Source of the DNA: Amoebidium appalachense
Taxonomy: Eukaryota > Protista > Ichthyosporea
Assembly: GCA_963693365.1 (NCBI GenBank)
Contig: CAVNZM010000013.1
Span: 6,543,785 to 6,607,784 of the forward strand
Length of the DNA: 64,000 nt
Direction: 5' to 3'
Part shown: piece by piece, positions 9,606-19,547 of the stretch
Position numbering within the stretch: position 1 is the first letter of the stretch
Layout: every line of letters begins with the position of its first letter
Position numbers and translations under genes: made by a program
Notes under the pieces: model-generated
What the model was told of the DNA's origin: nothing
The model's database searches: none
What the model saw: only the letters and a program-made list of their open reading frames with translations

Positions 9606-10712
9606 TTACCCCTCCTTCGTCTCCTTGCCCTGGTTCAACATCTCCGCCAGCCTTCGCTTGCGCGCCTGCATGCGCGTGCGCGTCTCCTGGTCCACGTAGT
9701 CGTCGTCGTCCGAGGTCTCGACGTCCTCGCCAGCCGCCCGGCGTGACTCGCGGTCGGTGACGTAGGCGCCGTAGAGGTCCGTGATGACCCGTGCGTCCTT
9801 GTTGATGGGATGCGGGAACCCGGCCACCAGCTCCGGCAGCCGCGGCGTGCACTTCTGCACGCGCACGCGCACGTACTGCACGCGGAGCATCTCGTAGCGC
9901 GCGAGCAGCGTCTCGTGGTCGTCCTTGAGCTTGTTGAACTGGATCTCCTTCTGCTGCAGCGCGGCCACGCGGGCGTTGAGGTGGCGGATGTGCTCGACGT
10001 AGCGCTCGCACTCGGGGTTGCTGCGCTTCATCTTCTCCAGTTGGTCCTTGAGCAGCTCGTTCTCGCGCTTGGCCGCGTGCAGCTGGCCCTTGTCCTCCAC
10101 CGTCTCCTTGAGCGACTTGTAGTTGGCCCGCAGCTCCACCAGCTCGCGGTTGTTGGTCTCGGCGTTCTGGATGGACTCGCGTGCCTCGCGCAGGTCCAGC
10201 ATGATCGCACGGGCGGTGGACTCGTCCACGCCCTTGCGCTGCAGCGTGCTCTGGTCGCCGATGCCCTGCAGGATGTGCACCAACACGTTGGCAATCTCGC
10301 GTGTGAGCGCGCCGTTGCTGCGGTTGGTCCCGTTCAGCTGCTCGCGGAACCGGGACATGTCAATGGGCAACTTCCACACGACCTCCTTCGAGTCCTTGTT
10401 TATATTCCCGTCCTTGTCCAAAGTGGGCATGTCCGAAAACGCCAGCTCCACAGCCATTGTAGCAGTGGAGTTGTCACTGGCAAATGATTGCAGGGCAGTT
10501 TCGATGGCCGGCGGGAGTTTGTTGTAGATGTCGCCGATCACTTTCTGGTGGCTCGAGATGACGGCGTTGTTTTGGTTCAACAGCTTGGCGATCATATCGG
10601 TTACACTCTTGATGTCCTGTGTTTGCACGATGCCACTCGGCCCTCCACCCCCAAACTTCAATTTCGTGAGGATCTCTATAGCCCTGTTAAGATCATCCTG
10701 GCTCATGCTCAT
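9606..10712 (-). CDS. Coiled-coil hypothetical protein
   Basis: Long GC3-rich ORF with heptad-rich middle; AATAAA just after the stop. Confidence 0.75.
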   Translation of the reverse strand: MSMSQDDLNRAIEILTKLKFGGGGPSGIVQTQDIKSVTDMIAKLLNQNNAVISSHQKVIGDIYNKLPPAIETALQSFASDNSTATMAVELAFSDMPTLDKDGNINKDSKEVVWKLPIDMSRFREQLNGTNRSNGALTREIANVLVHILQGIGDQSTLQRKGVDESTARAIMLDLREARESIQNAETNNRELVELRANYKSLKETVEDKGQLHAAKRENELLKDQLEKMKRSNPECERYVEHIRHLNARVAALQQKEIQFNKLKDDHETLLARYEMLRVQYVRVRVQKCTPRLPELVAGFPHPINKDARVITDLYGAYVTDRESRRAAGEDVETSDDDDYVDQETRTRMQARKRRLAEMLNQGKETKEG

Positions 10713-10775
10713 TTGCTCTTGCCCCACATAATGCAGCTTTGGCCACACCCCACCGCATTATTCCCTTGGTCAACA

Positions 10776-11006
10776 ATGTCCGTGCTCGCCAACGTGATGA
10801 TGTTTGTCTTCTGGGCGCTCGCCGTCGGCTCCATGGCCGGGTTCATTAGCCTGTACAGCGCCATGACGAAGGAGAAGTGCGTCGAGGCCGCCGTGAAGAA
10901 CAGGTACGAGGCCTCGAACACTGCCGTGATGGTGGCCCTGGTGGTCACCGTGTTTGCGTACCTCATCTACGGCGTGTACGCGTCGGCCTCCTACACGCAG
11001 GTATAA
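10776..11006 (+). CDS. Small two-TM membrane protein
   Basis: MSVLANVMMFVFWALAV...VMVALVVTVFAYLIYGVY, two hydrophobic helices. Confidence 0.7.
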   Translation: MSVLANVMMFVFWALAVGSMAGFISLYSAMTKEKCVEAAVKNRYEASNTAVMVALVVTVFAYLIYGVYASASYTQV

Positions 11007-11043
11007 AGGGAGCTCGTCCGCAATTGTTGCGCCCAGTCTCAGT

Positions 11044-11436
11044 ATGGGTGCCGTCGCCTCGCAGCCCATCGTGTGCGCGCCGGTGCAGACCTTCTTCGTC
11101 ACCACGGACGCCGACTGCTCGCCCGTCCTGGTCACCAACCGTCTCATGGGCACGCTGACCGTGGACTCGACCCGCGTGACCGTGTGGGCGTCCACGCGCC
11201 CGCTCTACTTTCTGCCCACCACGGGCCTCAAGGCCATGCCCCCGGACCAGTACCTGCCGGCGGCCGTGCAGCACGGCTGCGACGCACTGCTGGCGAACCG
11301 GCTGGTGCTGGGGGGCGACCCCGAGTCGCTGGGGCTCGTGCGCCTGGCCGACATGACGCCGCGCGAGTTCAAGCAGTACCGGCCGATCTTCGTGTCCGGC
11401 ACCGTCACCACGTCCGTCACCGTGCCGCAGCTCTAG
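11044..11436 (+). CDS. Hypothetical protein, possible N-myristoylation
   Basis: Starts MGAVAS (MGxxxS); TATAAAG 42 nt upstream. Confidence 0.65.
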   Translation: MGAVASQPIVCAPVQTFFVTTDADCSPVLVTNRLMGTLTVDSTRVTVWASTRPLYFLPTTGLKAMPPDQYLPAAVQHGCDALLANRLVLGGDPESLGLVRLADMTPREFKQYRPIFVSGTVTTSVTVPQL

Positions 11437-12091
11437 GCGTCATAGTCTCGCACCACGCCAGGTCCTTGAGGAACAGCCCCATGTTGAAGTACTGCACCAG
11501 GCTGTTGAGGCCCGCCAGGAACGGCCGCCGAAACATCGGGTTGCCGGCCATCCCCGGCACCGGGTGGTTCCAGCGCGACTTGAGCGCCACCTCGAACACC
11601 TCGTCCGCGAGGAACCACTGCATGTTGCGCTTCTCCAGGAAGTCGTACTTGACGCGCAGCGTGCCGTCGCGCACCTCCGTCGACCCCGGCAGAGCCAGCT
11701 GGCCTGCCGACAGCGCCTGGCGCGCAGCCCGGAACCGGTGCGGCAGGTGCGGGTCAAATGGGATCTGCACCATATACGTAATAAAGTAGCGGTTCTGACC
11801 GGCCGCTCCCGCAAACCTGAGCACGTACGCCCGGTCCCGCAGGATGCCCTCGAGCATCGGGCGGGGGATCACAGTGTCCAGTGTCTCCTCGTAGAACTCC
11901 ATGACCGTGGTCTCCTCCACGGTCAGGCCCGCCTTGAGCCTCCCGCCAAACACCCCGTACCTCCCGTCACTGTCCTCCTGTCCGAGGAGGAACAGCACGC
12001 GGCGGTCGTGCACGGCGTAGGGCAGCACGCCGGCGCCGATGATGCGACAGTCATCGTCGTGGTAGGGGATGCACATGTCCAGGACTTTCAT
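11417..12091 (-). CDS. NUDIX hydrolase (NCLDV type, possibly decapping)
   Basis: GAGVLPY...FLLGQE...FGGRLKAGLTVEETTVMEFYEET, a variant NUDIX box (RE replaced by ME). Confidence 0.8.
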   Translation of the reverse strand: MKVLDMCIPYHDDDCRIIGAGVLPYAVHDRRVLFLLGQEDSDGRYGVFGGRLKAGLTVEETTVMEFYEETLDTVIPRPMLEGILRDRAYVLRFAGAAGQNRYFITYMVQIPFDPHLPHRFRAARQALSAGQLALPGSTEVRDGTLRVKYDFLEKRNMQWFLADEVFEVALKSRWNHPVPGMAGNPMFRRPFLAGLNSLVQYFNMGLFLKDLAWCETMTPRAAAR

Positions 12092-12219
12092 CAAGTGGAG
12101 GGGAGATAATCTGGGGTGGGGTCGGTGCCAAACTCACGGGTCAAACGGATTCACCCGCTATTCGATCTGATTGGTCGAAAACGGCCAAGATCGATCGAGC
12201 CCGGGATTTCACACTCTGA

Positions 12220-12279
12220 CCAATCAGAGCGCGCAGAAATTCAAAGCCAGTGCTCCGATGTTTCAGCCAATCAGAGCGC
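12220..12279. promoter_or_regulatory. Duplicated CCAAT-box element
   Basis: CCAATCAGAGCGC at 12220 and 12267 in the intergenic region upstream of the NUDIX gene. Confidence 0.45.
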
Positions 12280-12525
12280 CCCACATTAGATCACGAGACC
12301 CAGCCAGTCTGTTTCAACTCATTCGCAAATATCTTTATTTATTTTGAGAGTGGCCAGGTGCGCTCCAAATAAAAAAAAATGCAATGCAATCCCGTTGGAC
12401 CAAACTTTGTAAGGTATTATGCATCCCGGGCCCCGAATTTTACACACCTGGCCAGCCAGATGATACAAAACACACCCGAACCCGCCATCCCCACAGCAGC
12501 CCTGCCAATTGTTGGGGATGACAGG

Positions 12526-13434
12526 CTACCCCAGCACGTGCTTCTCCAGGAAGCGCACGGGGTACACCTTGACCGGGCGCAGGTCCCCCTGCACCATCTT
12601 CAACGTCTCCTCGGGCTCGCAGCCCTCCTGCTCGCGCCACGTGCGTGCGAGCATCCGGCCGACCGTGCTGCTGGACCTGTCGGTGATGCCCCGGTCGACG
12701 AGGAACTTCCCGACGGTCACGTACCCGCCGATCGCAGACTCTTCGATGGCCGCACGCTCGCCGGCGGGCACGAGCACGTTGGCCACGGCGTCGTTGAGCA
12801 GCATGCGCATGCGCGGGTCCCTGTCGAGGCCGAACTCCTCGAGGAGGCTGCGGTAGCTCTTGATGTTCTCCACACGCATGCGCCCGTTCTCAATCAGCAA
12901 GCGCTCGACCTCGGCCTCCTCCCGCTTCACGCGCAGCCGACGCTCCTCCTCCAGCTCCTCGCGGCGCCGCTTGCGGTCGGGGGTCTCGTCGGTGCCGTTG
13001 CGGAAGAACTCACGCTCCTCGGGGGTGCTGGCGTCGTAGCGGGCCTCGATCTCGGGGATGAGGGAGACGTCGCCGGAAAGTAGCCGGGCTATGTAGGTGG
13101 CACACGTCCTGCGGAACTCGTGGGCGCGCTTGCCGGGAAGCAGGAAGATGATCTCGAGGAGGACACGGAAGGGGGCGATTGGGGTGGGCTTTCCAACCCC
13201 ATTGATCTGGGCGTCCTCAGCCTCGCTGAGGATGTCAACAACACTATGGTCCTTTGATTTCTTGATCTGTGACCATGCCTCGTACATCGCCGCCTTTCCA
13301 ATCACCATTGAAATCACATCTAGGACACTTGCCATGTTCTTGTCTCTGTCAATGCGCATAGTGCAACCTTTGAACTGGGGGAACTCCTTCCAAAGAAGCG
13401 ACATATCGCCGGTTTTTTTCTGCTCGCCAGCCAT
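12526..13434 (-). CDS. Bro-N/antirepressor-like DNA-binding protein (paralogue of 26138-27070)
   Basis: ASVLDVI...TPIAPFRVLLEIIFLLPGKRAHEFRR...LLSGD, then coiled coil and C-terminal domain; highly similar to 26138-27070. Confidence 0.7.
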   Translation of the reverse strand: MAGEQKKTGDMSLLWKEFPQFKGCTMRIDRDKNMASVLDVISMVIGKAAMYEAWSQIKKSKDHSVVDILSEAEDAQINGVGKPTPIAPFRVLLEIIFLLPGKRAHEFRRTCATYIARLLSGDVSLIPEIEARYDASTPEEREFFRNGTDETPDRKRRREELEEERRLRVKREEAEVERLLIENGRMRVENIKSYRSLLEEFGLDRDPRMRMLLNDAVANVLVPAGERAAIEESAIGGYVTVGKFLVDRGITDRSSSTVGRMLARTWREQEGCEPEETLKMVQGDLRPVKVYPVRFLEKHVLG

Positions 13435-13626
13435 GCTGTGTCCGACTGACCTCCTCTGCCGGGCGCTGCTCTTTTATACCTTCAGACCAGGAGAACGGGA
13501 GCCCCGACGCCCGGCACGGTTGGTGTCGGCCTCCCAGGCTGCCAGCCGCTTGTCGTAGAGTAAACTGCATCAACACGGAAAGTGCGCCGGACGTGCACAT
13601 GTAGCAATCTTTTTGGGGTCCCGGGT

Positions 13627-15768
13627 ATGGCGAATATTCTGGAGGATCTGGACTTGGTGGAAAACATGGAGGACGAGGACACGGACAGCATGGAGGACGA
13701 GGGCACGGACAGCATGGAGGACGAGGACACGGACCCCTTCTCAGATGCGTATTTTGAAGTCCTGGAAGCTGCAGGGGTTGTTGAGCCTGGCACGACGGTC
13801 GACGACTGGTTCTGCGCCGACCCGGCAGACATAAGTGCGCTCCGGACAGGTAGAAACTGGTGGCCGAACAAGCGCGCTGTTCAGGAGGCCGTGGACAACG
13901 GCACGGTGCAGCGGGCGATTGAGCGCCTGCAACAGCAGGGCCTGGAAATGCCCGAAGGACGGGGGATGGAAGACCTAATAATCGAAACGCTGGTGTTCAT
14001 GCGCGTGGCCCGCCAGGCACTCTCCGAGTCTGGGATGGTGCGAAAGGTGTCAACCTTGTGGGGTGGGGAGCCTGAGAACCGCGACCCCTACATACGCGAA
14101 AATCTGGAAGATCTGGTGAGCCCCGCCGTGCGCGAAGAGGTAAAGGCGGCCAAGCGCAATGGGGACGAGAATGCCATTCAAAATATTATGGATGATCCGG
14201 AAATCCGCGCCCAGATCACAGACGCGCTGTGGTGCAGGGCTGCTCGCAGGGCCAATCGTCTCAAGCGCCTGGAAACAGCTCTGTACATGTCCGAGGGGCT
14301 CACCAAGAGAGAGTACATATTCAGGTACGCAGATGAGTTGTTTCCCTCGTACGCCGCGGCACGGATACGTGATATACCAATGGGTGATAACGAAGCATGG
14401 GAAAGGGCCGTCGAAACTGAAATGCTAGACGAAGCTGTGGTGGAGGAAGTCCGGAAGAAACTTATGAAACGCGCCACCAGTATTGGCGGCAAATATGTCG
14501 GAATCTTCCAGTTGGCTCTCAACGAGATGATAGCAAGCCACGGTGGCGTCATTCCAAACATGCAACAACGTCCCCACAATGGCGATGTCGAAATGGCTGT
14601 AGAACCCGAAGCCCCGGATTCGGATTCGATGCCCCAGGCTCCATCTGGTAGCACTGCACCGGTGTCCGGGTCTGCCATGGATCTTTCGCACGCGGAGGGC
14701 GATGAAGATGATGCGAACATTTTCGAATGGACCGCACAAGGCCTTGTCAAACTATTTGCTACGTTGACCGCTGACTCTCCGCACCAGGCGAATCGGCTTT
14801 GTTATGAGCACAAGTGGGAGCTTGTTGACAAGTTTGAGTTGTTCGCGCGCGGTGCGCTCGAGATCGCCAGACGACGTCAAATGAAAGAAGATTTGGGCAA
14901 AATGCTGAAGGCAGATTTGGACGCAGAAGAGGCAGACGCTAAAGACGAAGAGGACGAGGAGGACCGCGCGTTTGTGGTCCCTGATGACGACCCGGAGTTG
15001 CAGCCACCAGACAACAATGCACCCGACACCCTTTCCGACGAGCTCCGCGACCTGAGGGCTGCGGTACAGATTGCACAACCCGAGACCAGGATCGAAGCCG
15101 TGAGGCAGGTTCTTGACTGGCTGGCGAGACAGCCGAACGGGGTGTACCACCCACCGCCGCCACGGATGCTGTTCCACAGGTTGCCGTCTCCATTGGACCT
15201 GTCAGACTGGCTCACCCGGACGATTTCTCCCATGGATGAAGAGGACATGAGGATCCCAGAAGGGGTTTACAACGCGCTGCAGAAGTGGATCAGGTACACG
15301 AAACTTAGACGCCTAGAAGCCCTGCGCGCAAATTTCAGACCGGCCCCGTCGACCGCGGAGTTAGAGGCATACGTAGAGAGAATGTACAGGGCGATCAACG
15401 GCTTGCTCCCGGATCGCTTCCACAACCACACTAATGATTGGACGGGACGGTTTGATGCCTACCCCAGCGAAACAGCAGCCATCATACTCCTTTCTGGGGC
15501 AGAACCCCGGGGGGATCCATTGGCGGCGGCAGACGGCGACCCCATATTTGCGAGGATGCTCATCATCGCCGCAGGGGTCCAGGGATTGCACGATGCAGGG
15601 GTTTTTCAGTTTACAGGTGTGGAGTCGCCGGTTAGACCGGTGGTTGAAGACTTGCCATTAGGACCGGCTGGCAATACCCGGTGGACGCGGTCTGGAACAA
15701 CGCATGCCCTGAGGACCACCAAAAGGCAAAGGAGACAGCTCAGGCATTACAGGCCACCCGGGCAGTAA
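13627..15768 (+). CDS. Large acidic hypothetical protein
   Basis: About 713-aa ORF; three 24-bp repeats encoding MEDE(D/G)TDS near the N-terminus. Confidence 0.8.
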   Translation: MANILEDLDLVENMEDEDTDSMEDEGTDSMEDEDTDPFSDAYFEVLEAAGVVEPGTTVDDWFCADPADISALRTGRNWWPNKRAVQEAVDNGTVQRAIERLQQQGLEMPEGRGMEDLIIETLVFMRVARQALSESGMVRKVSTLWGGEPENRDPYIRENLEDLVSPAVREEVKAAKRNGDENAIQNIMDDPEIRAQITDALWCRAARRANRLKRLETALYMSEGLTKREYIFRYADELFPSYAAARIRDIPMGDNEAWERAVETEMLDEAVVEEVRKKLMKRATSIGGKYVGIFQLALNEMIASHGGVIPNMQQRPHNGDVEMAVEPEAPDSDSMPQAPSGSTAPVSGSAMDLSHAEGDEDDANIFEWTAQGLVKLFATLTADSPHQANRLCYEHKWELVDKFELFARGALEIARRRQMKEDLGKMLKADLDAEEADAKDEEDEEDRAFVVPDDDPELQPPDNNAPDTLSDELRDLRAAVQIAQPETRIEAVRQVLDWLARQPNGVYHPPPPRMLFHRLPSPLDLSDWLTRTISPMDEEDMRIPEGVYNALQKWIRYTKLRRLEALRANFRPAPSTAELEAYVERMYRAINGLLPDRFHNHTNDWTGRFDAYPSETAAIILLSGAEPRGDPLAAADGDPIFARMLIIAAGVQGLHDAGVFQFTGVESPVRPVVEDLPLGPAGNTRWTRSGTTHALRTTKRQRRQLRHYRPPGQ

Positions 15769-15819
15769 ACAAGCGAACACAATCGAAGCCACCAAAGTTT
15801 TGGGGTGTTGAATCTATAG

Positions 15820-17325
15820 ATGGCACACGGGCGAGGGAGGGATGTAGTGGAAAGATTTCCCGTGAAGCCGCGCTGCTTTTTCAGGTTCGTAAAGAAAAAT
15901 GCAGAACATTTTGTGGAAGAAACGCCGGTCTCCCCCAGCACTCAGACGTACGCATGGACACCGGAAAACGGTTGCCTCTCCCTCTCCCTGGAAAGCACAG
16001 AACCCGACACGATCCCGGTGTATCTTGCCTGTGTTAAACGTCTCCGGTTCGATGCGCAACAGGATGGCTACTCCGTGAATATCGAGTTCGAGAACCAAGA
16101 TAGTCCTGGGATACGCACCTTCGACACAACTTACGATTCGGTTCGAAACTTCATGTTGGACAAGAGGGGCAATGCTTTCAAGGAGATCATGGTGAAGCAC
16201 GCCCCATACCAGATCGAGGAGTACAAAAAGAGTACCATCCCTGGGAACCCAACACCCCCATATTTGCAGGAGGATTCGGTAGCAGACCTCTTGTTTGACA
16301 AACTGTACCGCGGGGCCCAACAAATTTCGGGGTCCATAAAAGATTTGATAGGGGTAGGGTCTGTGTGGACTTCGCCTGCAGTAGAGGGGAGAACCAATAC
16401 TATAGTAATGCTACAGACATATCTTCCGAAGTCCACAATTTTCGCCCCCGGAGAATTGCTCCGTACACAACCCAACAACGAGTCAATGACTGTCCAGCAA
16501 TCGTTTAGGAATCTCAGGAACGATGGCTTCATGACCACCATATCGATGCCTAAATGGAAGTTCTTTTTTAGGAACGAACTCGCGACAATGTTGTTCCAAT
16601 GGCTGACTGACCCCCAACGGGTGCCCTACTTTATTATATACACAGGTGAAGTGCACCATGCTTCTGTCATCATACTCGTTTCAGGTGACAAGTCGAGTAT
16701 AGTTCTGGAGTTCTTCAATGTCCATGCCCCGAGTAGCACGTTGACAAAAGCCCTTGTCTCATTCATGAGAAGCGCTGATCCCACAGGCAAGCTGAAAGAC
16801 ATACTTCGATCCCTCAAACCCGAAAGTGTTTGCACTGATTTGCAAAATCTTCATGGAAAAAGGACATTGTACGACGAATTGTTTGACAGAGACGAGGTGG
16901 TCGATGGGGCCTGTGCGTCTTGGTTGAGTATTTACATACTGTTGCGGACTTCACAAGCCGACTGGTCGTCCATACCGGGTGCGGATGGGCACACCATAGG
17001 CGAGCGGATCTGCAACTTCATCAAGACGAAAATCGCAAGGGATGGGGGATTCCAAGCGGTTTATAAGGTCGGGGGGACGATCGCGATGTACGGAAAGCGC
17101 CTGGTCGAACTCTACGGGGCTAAGATGTATCAAACTGCGGATTGGTGGGCGCAAGACGGCGTCAATCAACAGGAGCGTTACCGAGAGGTCGTGGACATGG
17201 TGCTTTCCAAGAAAGTTCTCGTATTGACCGATGCCGAGCTCAAGGATGCAGGACTGCCAACACGCAAGGACGGCGAGCAACTTGTGAACGAGGTCCGAGA
17301 ACAAGCGGCGCGCCTCCTCCCCTGA
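15820..17325 (+). CDS. Putative clan-CE-like cysteine protease (paralogue of 23796-25307)
   Basis: HASVII...EFFN...LQ...DGACASW gives His-Asn/Glu-Gln-Cys order, conserved in the paralogue. Confidence 0.55.
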   Translation: MAHGRGRDVVERFPVKPRCFFRFVKKNAEHFVEETPVSPSTQTYAWTPENGCLSLSLESTEPDTIPVYLACVKRLRFDAQQDGYSVNIEFENQDSPGIRTFDTTYDSVRNFMLDKRGNAFKEIMVKHAPYQIEEYKKSTIPGNPTPPYLQEDSVADLLFDKLYRGAQQISGSIKDLIGVGSVWTSPAVEGRTNTIVMLQTYLPKSTIFAPGELLRTQPNNESMTVQQSFRNLRNDGFMTTISMPKWKFFFRNELATMLFQWLTDPQRVPYFIIYTGEVHHASVIILVSGDKSSIVLEFFNVHAPSSTLTKALVSFMRSADPTGKLKDILRSLKPESVCTDLQNLHGKRTLYDELFDRDEVVDGACASWLSIYILLRTSQADWSSIPGADGHTIGERICNFIKTKIARDGGFQAVYKVGGTIAMYGKRLVELYGAKMYQTADWWAQDGVNQQERYREVVDMVLSKKVLVLTDAELKDAGLPTRKDGEQLVNEVREQAARLLP

Positions 17326-17367
17326 GGGCATCAAAAGGTCAAGAATTGAGGTGGATTGATCCCTGCC

Positions 17368-17733
17368 TCAGCGGAGGACCTCCCTTCTCAGCGCAGCGGC
17401 CAGCCGCGCGAGCCAGGCGGTGCGGTCGTCGCCCAGGCGTGTGGCAAAGTCGGCATAGGACATCTGTGCCGAGAACCATTGACCCTTCTCCTCGTTCCAG
17501 TAGCGCAGGCCGTTGACATTGGAAACTTCCATGCGCGGGCACCGGCCACATTCGCCAAAACGGGCTGTGTCGGCCTCCCAGCCCGCGGCCAGGCGCTTGT
17601 CATAAAGCAGGGCGGCACAGGCGGGTGCGTCGCAGGGCGGGTCACGACCGAACACCGTGCGCACCGCATCTCGCAGCGCAAGCGCAAGCAGGGTGGTCAC
17701 GCAGAGGGCCATGAGCAGGAGTACCAGCTGCAT
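17368..17733 (-). CDS. Small signal-peptide, Cys-containing protein
   Basis: Hydrophobic N-terminus MQLVLLLMALCVTTLLALAL; CxxxxC and CxxC motifs. Confidence 0.65.
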   Translation of the reverse strand: MQLVLLLMALCVTTLLALALRDAVRTVFGRDPPCDAPACAALLYDKRLAAGWEADTARFGECGRCPRMEVSNVNGLRYWNEEKGQWFSAQMSYADFATRLGDDRTAWLARLAAALRREVLR

Positions 17734-17781
17734 TGTTACGTCACGGGCGCATTTTGTGCCGGCTTAATCTTCCTGTAGTGC

Positions 17782-18369
17782 ATGCACATCACGCACGGCG
17801 ACCGCTTCGTCAGCCGCAACCTCGCGCTGCTCAGCTGCCCGGTGGAGTGGCCCGAGGACCTGGCCAACACGAGGCACACGGGCATGGGCCTGCGGTGGCG
17901 GCGTGACGGCGACAAGGTCACCGCCATGCTCGGTGAGACACGCATGTACTGGAGGGCGCTGCCCGAGGCCAACGTCGTCACGTTCACCGATGACCCGGCT
18001 CAGGCGAGCTCTTTTGGGTTCAGCGACTGCCCGCTCCCGCAGCCCAACCACGTTCCCGACACGGGTCTGGCGGGCGTGCGGGTGCGTCTGCACGACAAAG
18101 ACCTGCCGGCTCTCCCCCCACCTAGCGCACCGCCCCAGGGCCGCGTGGAGCTCGGCGTGGCCTTCTCCATCGGCGTGCTCGGCGTGGGGCCCCTGCCCAT
18201 GCCCTCGTGGTTTGTGTCCTCGGTCGCAGACACGAGCCCCACCATGCAGTATGGGTTCCGCGGCGTCAACCTTGCGCTGTGCCTGCTGCACGTGTGGCGC
18301 GTGCGCGTGTGCGTGGACCTGTTCCCGTTCCCGGGCCTGACGCTTTTTCTGGCGCTGCTCGAGCTCTGA
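17782..18369 (+). CDS. Hypothetical protein
   Basis: GC3-rich ORF fitting the compact gene packing. Confidence 0.55.
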   Translation: MHITHGDRFVSRNLALLSCPVEWPEDLANTRHTGMGLRWRRDGDKVTAMLGETRMYWRALPEANVVTFTDDPAQASSFGFSDCPLPQPNHVPDTGLAGVRVRLHDKDLPALPPPSAPPQGRVELGVAFSIGVLGVGPLPMPSWFVSSVADTSPTMQYGFRGVNLALCLLHVWRVRVCVDLFPFPGLTLFLALLEL

Positions 18370-18389
18370 TATTTTGTAGCCATCTATCA

Positions 18390-18785
18390 ATGCGTGCGCT
18401 GCTCCTGTGTCCCCCCCTGCTTGCACTGGTCCTTGCGGCCCCCGAGTGCCTGGTGTTTGCAAGCTCGGCAACCCTTGCGGCAACCACCGCGCACGTGCCG
18501 CCCAGCTCCACTGCCGAAACAAAGACGTGGTGGGCGACCCTGACGCACGTGGAGACCGTTGCAGCCACCACCACAGCCGCCGCTTCGATTCAAACCATCG
18601 AAACCACCTCGGCCTCGGAAACTCCCACCGAAACGGACACCGACGTATTCGAGATCCCCACCTCCATCACTGAAGGCGACCCAACCGACGAACCCATGCC
18701 CACGATGCCCGTGGACCCGCCCGCACCACCCGCCGGGGTGAACGCATCCAACTGGGAGTGCCGTTGCACGCTCATCAGACGTTAA
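18390..18785 (+). CDS. Secreted/surface Thr-Pro-rich mucin-like protein
   Basis: Signal peptide MRALLLCPPLLALVLAA, T/S/P-rich body, C-terminal WECRC. Confidence 0.65.
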   Translation: MRALLLCPPLLALVLAAPECLVFASSATLAATTAHVPPSSTAETKTWWATLTHVETVAATTTAAASIQTIETTSASETPTETDTDVFEIPTSITEGDPTDEPMPTMPVDPPAPPAGVNASNWECRCTLIRR

Positions 18786-18865
18786 TCATTTCTCGGAAAA
18801 CCAGAGTTGGCCTGTCCATTCTTTGTTTTGTTCAGCCACGCCAGCTTTTAATTTGCGCAAGAAGA

Positions 18866-19369
18866 ATGGACTTGTCAAATGCGATTGCCTTAATCATTCT
18901 AATGCTTACTATCGGTGTGTTGGCATGGGCATACATCAAGTACGAACCCAAACCTGCCCCTGGCAAAAACGACAGTACCCCTAAGCCTGGCCCCGGCAAA
19001 AACGACAGTACCCCTGCAGTCGCACGGACACAGTGGTATGCTTTCGACCAAGTGGGGGACCACAGCACGGACAACACGTTTAACGACTGGCAAGACCCGG
19101 TGAACTATGGGTACACGTCGGCCAGTCAGTGCATTAACCGATGCCAATCTATGAGCGGATGCCAACAGGTGGGCTATTCGCCATGGCAGGATATGGACGG
19201 GAAGCGGCCAAAAGGCTATTGCTACATGAGAAAAGCCGTCAAGAAATGGCCGTTGGATGCGTGGTCAAACAAGTCCGGTGTGGCTGCATCGGAATCGCAG
19301 GTCACGTATGTGATGGCCGCACAAGTGCCGGAGAGCGAGAAGCAACATGGCAAGCTGGTTGAGTTCTAG
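18866..19369 (+). CDS. Membrane-anchored PAN/apple-like domain protein
   Basis: N-terminal TM, duplicated PKPxPGKNDST stalk, SASQCINRCQSMSGCQQVGY...YCYMRK Cys pattern. Confidence 0.65.
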   Translation: MDLSNAIALIILMLTIGVLAWAYIKYEPKPAPGKNDSTPKPGPGKNDSTPAVARTQWYAFDQVGDHSTDNTFNDWQDPVNYGYTSASQCINRCQSMSGCQQVGYSPWQDMDGKRPKGYCYMRKAVKKWPLDAWSNKSGVAASESQVTYVMAAQVPESEKQHGKLVEF

Positions 19370-19547
19370 CATGAATCAGACGAACAAATGTAAGAAAGGC
19401 TGGCATTTCCATTGCCCCCTGGTTTGGGTGCACGCTGCTACAAAGATATTTGGCAACCTTGTTTTTCTTTGTCGTGTATATGGCCAATTTGATGGCTGTT
19501 TGATCTTGTGTCTAGAGCTGGCTTCTTTTTTATTGTGCCCCAATGTA